Source of the DNA: Promethearchaeota archaeon
GTDB taxonomy: Archaea > Asgardarchaeota > Lokiarchaeia > Sigyniarchaeales > SOKP01
DNA length: 64,000 nucleotides
Assembly (NCBI GenBank): GCA_016839705.1
Contig: JAEOTR010000006.1
Span: 36,890 to 100,889 of the forward strand
Direction of reading: 5' to 3'
Positions within the stretch are counted from its first letter, which is position 1; each line of letters opens with the position of its first letter. Below are positions 57,803 through 64,000 of this stretch, piece after piece. The position numbers and the translations under genes are program-made. The notes below the pieces were generated by a model that saw only the letters and a program-made list of their open reading frames with translations, was not told the DNA's origin and did not search any database.

Positions 57803-60007
57803 ATGAAAAAACTTAATTTTCCATTCACAGCTATTCTTGGGCAAGATAAAATGAGGATGGGTTTGATTCTTAACGTGATTGACCCCCAAATAGGGGGGAT
57901 CCTTTTAACTGGCCATCAAGGTACAGGAAAGAGCACTGCTGTTCGAAGTCTTGTAGAATTGATGCCCCAAATAGAAGTCATTAAACAATGTGAATTTTCG
58001 TGTGACCCTCATTCTGATATTGATGATTTGTGTACAAATTGTATAGAAAAAAAAGAAAAAGGTCAAATTGATACCGAACTCCGGGATATGTGGTTAGTTA
58101 ATCTTCCTCTTGGAGTTACTGAAGATATGGTGTGTGGATCATTATCTATTGATAAAGTTCTTACAGAAGGAATAAGAGCTTTACATCCTGGTTTATTAGC
58201 AAAAGCAAATCGAGGAATTTTATATGTAGATGAAATAAATTTACTTCAAGATCATATTGTTGATGTACTTTTAGATTCTGCGGCTTCTGGAGTAAACATA
58301 ATTGAACGAGAGGGAATATCTGTTTCTCACCCTTCAAGATTTGTTTTGGTGGGTAGTATGAATCCAGAAGAAGGTGATTTAAGACCTCAAATTGCAGATC
58401 GTCTCGGTCTAGAAGTTAGAATCAAAGCTCCAAGAGATTCTAAATTAAGAGCAGAGATCACTGAAAGAGTTATTAAATTTGATGATAATCCGAAAGAATT
58501 TATTAAAGAGTTTGATGATGAACAAGAAAAATTAAGACAAAAAATTATAAATGCTCGAAAAGTGTTAAAAGATGTTCAAATCCCTAGTACTGTTTATGAG
58601 TTTGTATCTCAAATTGTAAGTGAATTAGAAATCTTTTCTCAAAGAGCAGATATTACTTTTATAAGATGTGCTCGAGCTCATGCTGCTTTAAACTCTCGAA
58701 AAAATATTATTGAGGAAGATTTAAATGCTGCTATGGATCTTGTATTTGAACATAGAATTCAATCACTCCATTATGAAATGACTCCTGTGGAGATAAAATC
58801 AAAAATTGCTGAAGTTTACGGAAAAATAAAAGAAGCGTATGAGAATACAAATGTACTTCAACCTAACAGAGAAACAGAAGGGCCTTTAAAACATGATAAC
58901 TCTTCGCAAACGGAGTTCAAACGTCAATCTGTTGATCCTGACAAAGTAGATATTCCCGAAACAGAAGAACAAAAGCTTCCACCCCCAAAATATCCTGATA
59001 ATAAGAAACGTAATCCAAAACCCGCTGGTGGCTGGAAGGTGAAGAATATTCCTACTGATGGAGATTTGAAATTTTTTGAGGCCAAGAGCGATTCAATGCC
59101 GTTTATATATCAAATGGAAAAAAAAATGACTTCAATTCTTGACAATATCCGAAAAGACAGAAAAATATCAGATTATGGGGGAAGAGGAATCGGGAGGAGA
59201 ATAAAAATATCTTCCTCCCAGAAAGGAAGGTATGTATCATATAGAACACCTATAAGTGAGCAACCTAAAAGCATTGCATTAGACGCAACAATTAGAAATT
59301 ATTTAAAAAATATGGCATATAACGAGACTGATATAGATTTTCCTATTCACTTTAATAAATATGATTTGAGGGATAAAATATATGAATACCGTGCGCCATT
59401 AGCCTTATTCTTTGTACTCGATAGTTCGGCCTCAATGTATTACGTAATAAAACAAATGACTGACGTAATATTGTCATTACATCGGGAAGGTTATAGGAAA
59501 AGGGATAAAATAGCATTAATTATTTTCCGAGGTAAGGAAGCTGTTGTTCTTCAGAAGCCTACAGTAAATTTTAACTTGGCTGTGAATAAATTAAAGAAAA
59601 TAGAGGGAAAATCATATACTCCCATGGCAGCTGCATTAAAAAAAGCTTCAGATCTCATTAAAGTTGAGCTTTTGAAAGATAGAAATGTCATTCCTATCGT
59701 ATTTGTCTGCAGTGATTGTGGGGCAAATATATCTGTTAAATATCCTGATTTAATCGCTCAAATTGAAACTGACTATGGGTTAATTGCTCACGAATTAAAA
59801 GAATTGACAAAAAAACTATCAAAACAAAAAATCCATATGGTCGTTCTTGAACCAAAGAAATCATATGCTACTCAAGCACTAGGTGTACACACTTATTCTG
59901 CCGAAAAAATAAAAAAGAACTTCAAAAAATATGCCAATGCCCAAATATACAAATTCAATAAATATAATCCTACCTCATTGATTCTTGAATTAAAGAAGAT
60001 TCTATAA
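57803..60007 (+). CDS. ChlI/BchI-type AAA+ ATPase fused to a ChlD-like linker and VWA domain
   Basis: 734-aa ORF. FPFTAILGQD, Walker A GHQGTGKST, Walker B ILYVDEINLL, Cys insert CEFSCDP...LCTNC, Pro/charged linker, MIDAS LDSSASM. Confidence 0.85.
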   Translation: MKKLNFPFTAILGQDKMRMGLILNVIDPQIGGILLTGHQGTGKSTAVRSLVELMPQIEVIKQCEFSCDPHSDIDDLCTNCIEKKEKGQIDTELRDMWLVNLPLGVTEDMVCGSLSIDKVLTEGIRALHPGLLAKANRGILYVDEINLLQDHIVDVLLDSAASGVNIIEREGISVSHPSRFVLVGSMNPEEGDLRPQIADRLGLEVRIKAPRDSKLRAEITERVIKFDDNPKEFIKEFDDEQEKLRQKIINARKVLKDVQIPSTVYEFVSQIVSELEIFSQRADITFIRCARAHAALNSRKNIIEEDLNAAMDLVFEHRIQSLHYEMTPVEIKSKIAEVYGKIKEAYENTNVLQPNRETEGPLKHDNSSQTEFKRQSVDPDKVDIPETEEQKLPPPKYPDNKKRNPKPAGGWKVKNIPTDGDLKFFEAKSDSMPFIYQMEKKMTSILDNIRKDRKISDYGGRGIGRRIKISSSQKGRYVSYRTPISEQPKSIALDATIRNYLKNMAYNETDIDFPIHFNKYDLRDKIYEYRAPLALFFVLDSSASMYYVIKQMTDVILSLHREGYRKRDKIALIIFRGKEAVVLQKPTVNFNLAVNKLKKIEGKSYTPMAAALKKASDLIKVELLKDRNVIPIVFVCSDCGANISVKYPDLIAQIETDYGLIAHELKELTKKLSKQKIHMVVLEPKKSYATQALGVHTYSAEKIKKNFKKYANAQIYKFNKYNPTSLILELKKIL

Positions 60008-60055
60008 TTTTGTTTCCTAAAAACTTCTTAAATTTTATATTCCAATCTTTAACTA

Positions 60056-61303
60056 ATGGAAGATTTAATAAAATCCATTCTTGTTGTAGGATTTAATACA
60101 CGACCATTAACTTACTCCTTGAAGAAGGCTGGATATGAAGTATATGCTGTAGACTTTTTTGGAGATTTAGATCTATATCCAAATGTTAAAGACAGTTTTG
60201 TTCTAACAACGGAGTCAGGAACCAATTATAGTACAATAAAAGACAATTACAGCAAGTTACTGGCAAAATTTGCCATAAAAATGCTGAGAAAATATCCAGA
60301 AATAGATTACTTATTAATTGGTAGTGGTATGGATGACGCATTTGAAGAACGCTTATCCATTTTAAATGAAATAAAAGAAAAGAATTATAGAATAAAAAAT
60401 TTGAATAATGGTTTAAAAACGATCGAAAATGCTCGTAATATTGAAAATATCTATAATTATTTAAAATTCCATAAATTCAAGGTTCCTTTTTCAATACCAT
60501 ACCAAAAAATTAAATTTTTTAAGAACAAACTTCAATTTCCCCTTATTTTTAAGAAATCTAGAAGTGCTGGTGGGATTAATGTATCAAAAGTAGAAAATCT
60601 TGAAGACCTATCAACTTTAAATGAAGTAAAATCATTTAATCCTTCAGATTGGTTGATTCAAGAATACATTGAAGGGATACCTGTTAGTTGTACAACCATT
60701 TCAAATGGGAAAAAATGTGAGGTTATTTCAATAAATCGTCAAATTATTGGTGAAAAACTCCTAAATCCTCCTAAAGAATTTATGTATTGTGGTAACATCG
60801 TACCTGCAGCAGGTTTGACTAAAAAAGATGAGAAGGCAATATCAATGATGTCAAAACTATTAACTCTCGAATTAGGGTTAAAAGGAATTAATGGATTTGA
60901 TTATGTTTTGAGAGATCATTACCCCTATTTAATGGAGATTAATCCAAGAATTCCTGGATCAATCAGTGCATCTGAAGAAAGTCTTAATTTAAACCTTTTA
61001 GATCTCCATATAAAAAGTTTTGATTTGAATCAATGGGATATAGTGAAAAAGTCAATAAGATCTAAAAGGACAACGGATTATACGACCAAACTTATATTTT
61101 TTGCCCCAAAAGAAATAGATAAAATCTTAATCAGAAGAATTAATAACCTAAAATATATTCATGATAAAAGTGAACCAACTAAAACAATATTAAAGGGAGA
61201 ACCTTTATGCACTATTCTATACAAGGCAAATAGTTATGTAGAATCTTATAATGGGGCAAAAAGAATCGTATCTGAAATTAATAAAATTATTGATTTTCAA
61301 TGA
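60056..61303 (+). CDS. ATP-grasp family ligase (COG2232-like)
   Basis: 415-aa ORF. N-terminal ILVVGFNTRPLTYSLKKAGYEVYAVDFFGD, IFKKSRSAGG, LIQEYIEG, LMEINPRIPGS. Ends in TGA followed by TAG. Confidence 0.7.
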   Translation: MEDLIKSILVVGFNTRPLTYSLKKAGYEVYAVDFFGDLDLYPNVKDSFVLTTESGTNYSTIKDNYSKLLAKFAIKMLRKYPEIDYLLIGSGMDDAFEERLSILNEIKEKNYRIKNLNNGLKTIENARNIENIYNYLKFHKFKVPFSIPYQKIKFFKNKLQFPLIFKKSRSAGGINVSKVENLEDLSTLNEVKSFNPSDWLIQEYIEGIPVSCTTISNGKKCEVISINRQIIGEKLLNPPKEFMYCGNIVPAAGLTKKDEKAISMMSKLLTLELGLKGINGFDYVLRDHYPYLMEINPRIPGSISASEESLNLNLLDLHIKSFDLNQWDIVKKSIRSKRTTDYTTKLIFFAPKEIDKILIRRINNLKYIHDKSEPTKTILKGEPLCTILYKANSYVESYNGAKRIVSEINKIIDFQ

Positions 61304-61799
61304 TAGCATTTACTAACAGCTGAAATGCTAAATTTACATTTTCATCTGTTTTAGATGACACTTTTATATAATCCAGAAACCCATATTTCTCCTTAAGAAA
61401 TAACACATCTTCCTCCTCAGCAACGATCAAATCAGTTAAGTCTAATTTAGTTCCTAGAAATATAATTGGTAAATTTGGATCTTGTTTTCTAAAAATATCA
61501 ACCCATTCATCTATATTTCCTAAACTTGATTTATTAGTAAGATCAAAAAGTAATAAAGCCCCATTTGCTCCTGTAGCATAATTTTTTAATATATGGCGAA
61601 AATCATACTGACCAGCAAAATCCCAGAATTGAAGGTCAATTTTTTTTCCTTTGGTATTAAGCGCTTTCCAAAAAAATTCAACTCCTATAGTAGATTTAGT
61701 CTCTGCCATAAATCTTCCCTCAACAAAGCGAATAAGGAGTGTAGTTTTACCAACACCCTCATCTCCTCCAGTAATAATTTTAAAAATTATTGACGACAT
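61287..61799 (-). CDS. Rab-like small GTPase
   Basis: 170-aa ORF. G1 GGDEGVGKTT, switch-I TIGVEF, G3 WDFAGQ, G4 GTKLD, G5 SSKT. Lies 71 nt downstream of the roadblock gene. Confidence 0.85.
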   Translation of the reverse strand: MSSIIFKIITGGDEGVGKTTLLIRFVEGRFMAETKSTIGVEFFWKALNTKGKKIDLQFWDFAGQYDFRHILKNYATGANGALLLFDLTNKSSLGNIDEWVDIFRKQDPNLPIIFLGTKLDLTDLIVAEEEDVLFLKEKYGFLDYIKVSSKTDENVNLAFQLLVNAIIENQ

Positions 61800-61870
61800 T
61801 TTTTCAACTCCCTTTTTAATATAATAATCGCTTATAATAATTGCTTAACTAACCAGAAACATTCTGTTTA

Positions 61871-62617
61871 TTATATAACCTTCTGAATTATTGCTTTTAT
61901 TTTCGCAATATAAAATCCTAATTTTCTCTCATCTGATTCTGGAACGGCAAGTGCTAGGATTCTATTCTCATCTAAATCATGTAAGATAACTGATCCGTTT
62001 TCTCCTCCAATAATAGAATATTCCATTCCACTTTCTAACAAAACTCCAGATAAGTTATATAACGCAGCCACCATAGCTGAAAGAATTGATTCAGGCATTG
62101 TAGATTGAATTTTTATTGGTAATCCATCTTTGGTTATTATTGCTAAGACAAGTGTGTTTGGAATTGCTCTTTTCAAACCCTTAAATATTTCCTCTTTTAA
62201 AATATCAGATGTTTCAATTATAGCATTTATTTGAAGACTTAATTTTTGTAATCTACTAATATGAGAATCTAATCCTTCAAGCTCTGCTAATTCACGATTT
62301 AAATAGATTATCATAGTGATAGATTCTGCTAAAATTGAAAGGACAATTTTCTTCTTTCCTATTATCAAATTATAAGAAACATCCTGATTTAAGCTATCTT
62401 TAAGCATTTTAGAAGAAAGGAATACAAGACTACTATTGGCGGCTGTTACTTCGCCCATTGTCATATTTAAATCCTTTTTAAATACACTTGCGATTTTTGT
62501 GCCTTCAGGAGTTCCAATATTAATACCTATTACAGCAGACGTGGATTCGAGTTCTTTTTCAACTAGCCTGGACACATCTTTTTGTAATTCTTCTAGTATT
62601 TCATCTTGTTTTTCCAT
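61871..62617 (-). CDS. tandem Roadblock/LC7 (MglB-like) domain protein
   Basis: 248-aa ORF with two successive alpha-beta-beta-alpha-beta-beta-beta units (AVIGINIGTPEGTKIASVF...; LVLAIITKDGLPIKIQS...). Confidence 0.65.
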   Translation of the reverse strand: MEKQDEILEELQKDVSRLVEKELESTSAVIGINIGTPEGTKIASVFKKDLNMTMGEVTAANSSLVFLSSKMLKDSLNQDVSYNLIIGKKKIVLSILAESITMIIYLNRELAELEGLDSHISRLQKLSLQINAIIETSDILKEEIFKGLKRAIPNTLVLAIITKDGLPIKIQSTMPESILSAMVAALYNLSGVLLESGMEYSIIGGENGSVILHDLDENRILALAVPESDERKLGFYIAKIKAIIQKVI

Positions 62618-62716
62618 AATTGCTTATTGTATATTTTTTTGGAAATAAAAAATTATTCTAATAATTTAATAATAATTTCTTGATTACTAATACAAAACTA
62701 GATGTATTATTAGAAA

Positions 62717-63865
62717 ATGGAAATAAAATCAGATACATATGTAATTATTTTAGCGGCAGGCTATGCTACAAGATTAAAACCACTATCAAACAGAATTCCA
62801 AAACCATTAATCGATATTAATGGCAAAACTCTTATTTCCCGGATAATATCAAATTTCAGAGATGCGGGATTTACCAAATTTTGTGTTATTGTTGGGTATA
62901 AGAAAGAATTTATTAAAAACGAAGTGTTAAGGTATAAGGATCTAGAAATCCTAACGATAGATCAAGATAAACCAACAGGAATGGCAGATGCTATTGCTTT
63001 AGCACTGAATTATGTTCTTTATAAAGAAGAAAATATCACTAGTTTTTTTATATCCGCCGCGGATATTATTTTCCCTAAGGAAGAAATCTTAAAAATGTAT
63101 AGCCTATACAATCACGCCGATATAGTTTTAGGCCTTATGAGATCGAGTGACCATGAAATTGCAAAGGGACACGGAAACGTTAAAATTTCAGAAGATTCTG
63201 ATTTGTCTAAAGATTTAGATGCTACAAAAGGATTGAAGATAGTTGATATTATTGAAAAGCCAAAAGTTCACCAGATATTAAGTGAATATTATTCATTACC
63301 TCTGTATTTAGTTAATCATGAAATTTTGAGCTCAATGAATCAATTAGAAGTTTCTGAACGTGGTGAAAAAGAATTTCAAGACGTTCTAAAAAAATCCCTA
63401 TCAATTGGGATGAAAATTAGAGGGATCCGGATTGTATCTCCTGAGGTTACCATTGAGAATGTAGGAGCTTTTCACTTAACCAATTTAAGGGATATCATAA
63501 ATATGAATAAAAGGTTCTTAACGGATGTAAGAAAAGGCCAAAACAAAGGCAAATTGCATAATATTGTTGAACCTGTGAGAATAAAAACTAATGCCATAAT
63601 TGGAAATGATGCCTTGATTGGTCCTTTTGCTATTATTGGTAAGAATTCCGAAATCAGAGATTTTTGTGAACTCTCTAACGTGATTGTTTATGATGATGTA
63701 ATTATTGGTAAATCAAGTAGATTGAATTGGTGTATAGTTGATGAAAATGTTAAATTACCCAAGAATTTTCATGCAGAAGAATGTTTTATTACTATAAATA
63801 ATAAAAAAAAATTAGATCTTCATAAATTTTTAAATCTTAATCGATATAGTAAAAATTATAAATAA
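62717..63865 (+). CDS. sugar-phosphate nucleotidyltransferase with C-terminal left-handed beta-helix domain
   Basis: 382-aa ORF. LAAGYATRLKPLSNRIPKPL N-terminal motif. Hexapeptide-like repeats IGNDALIGPFAIIGKNSEIRDFCELSNVIVYDDVIIGKSSRL. Confidence 0.8.
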   Translation: MEIKSDTYVIILAAGYATRLKPLSNRIPKPLIDINGKTLISRIISNFRDAGFTKFCVIVGYKKEFIKNEVLRYKDLEILTIDQDKPTGMADAIALALNYVLYKEENITSFFISAADIIFPKEEILKMYSLYNHADIVLGLMRSSDHEIAKGHGNVKISEDSDLSKDLDATKGLKIVDIIEKPKVHQILSEYYSLPLYLVNHEILSSMNQLEVSERGEKEFQDVLKKSLSIGMKIRGIRIVSPEVTIENVGAFHLTNLRDIINMNKRFLTDVRKGQNKGKLHNIVEPVRIKTNAIIGNDALIGPFAIIGKNSEIRDFCELSNVIVYDDVIIGKSSRLNWCIVDENVKLPKNFHAEECFITINNKKKLDLHKFLNLNRYSKNYK

Positions 63866-63885
63866 GAAATGTTGTGATTTTGTTA

Positions 63886-64000
63886 ATGGAGCACGAATTA
63901 AAAAAACAGCTTGAGATTAAGGATAACCTTCTTCGCCTAAAAGATGAACAAGTAAAAACCCTTGAAAATTCCTTAAATCTGAAGGATGAACAAATAAAAA
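63886..64000 (+). CDS. 5' end of a coiled-coil protein gene, truncated by the window edge
   Basis: ATG at 63886. MEHELKKQLEIKDNLLRLKDEQVKTLENSLNLKDEQIK, open to the window end, with a repeated LKDEQ(V/I)K. Confidence 0.35.
   Translation, partial: MEHELKKQLEIKDNLLRLKDEQVKTLENSLNLKDEQIK

Overview
This is a strongly AT-rich, densely coding chromosomal segment of an archaeon, with about 55 credible protein genes. I recognised no rRNA, tRNA, CRISPR array, transposase or integrase by eye.

Lineage. Archaeal markers are an Nre-family protein with a C-terminal PIP box, an AfpA-like archaeoflavoprotein, PGF-CTERM-like sorting tails and GGTG(A) Shine-Dalgarno motifs. There are also two Rab/Ras-like small GTPases, one in an operon with a tandem Roadblock/LC7 protein, and three long MPN/JAB paralogues. 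Together these suggest an Asgard (Loki-like) lineage. This is inference, not proof.

Content, left to right:
- a secreted glycoprotein;
- an alpha/beta hydrolase;
- a membrane protein / acyl-CoA synthetase / KAS-III-like operon;
- a repeat-containing surface protein;
- Nre;
- an orphan small GTPase;
- an O-methyltransferase and an LLM-class oxidoreductase;
- a MoxR-VWA pair;
- an FTR1 permease;
- a type-B carboxylesterase;
- a 10-gene co-directional tupABC plus moaC-moaA-moaD-moaE-moeA-moaB-moeA array for tungstate uptake and pterin cofactor synthesis;
- assorted methyltransferase, MBL and membrane genes;
- a kinase-like gene followed by two coupled coiled-coil/winged-helix paralogues;
- afpA;
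- nifS, an unusual beta-CASP nuclease and two iscU paralogues;
- a DUF4956 / VTC / tandem-CotH operon;
- a receiver-domain protein with a non-DNA-binding output;
- copA with a Cys/His/Met-rich tail;
- a cysteine synthase;
- an 834-aa membrane protein;
- the MPN locus: MPN-minus and MPN-plus coiled-coil proteins, a zinc-ribbon protein, a third MPN-plus protein, a ChlI/ChlD-type AAA-VWA fusion and an ATP-grasp protein;
- a Roadblock-GTPase operon;
- a nucleotidyltransferase.

Most notable observations:
1. The coupled MPN+/MPN- pair with long coiled-coil tails sits in a locus with a VWA protein.
2. Both iscU paralogues can only encode their conserved N-termini if they initiate at AUA/AUU, each 7 nt after a GGTG motif.
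3. iscU-1 carries a 27-nt in-frame insertion. It contains a TGA at the top of a perfect 8-bp GAAA-loop hairpin.
4. The VWA gene has a 74-codon stop-free, start-less 5' extension.
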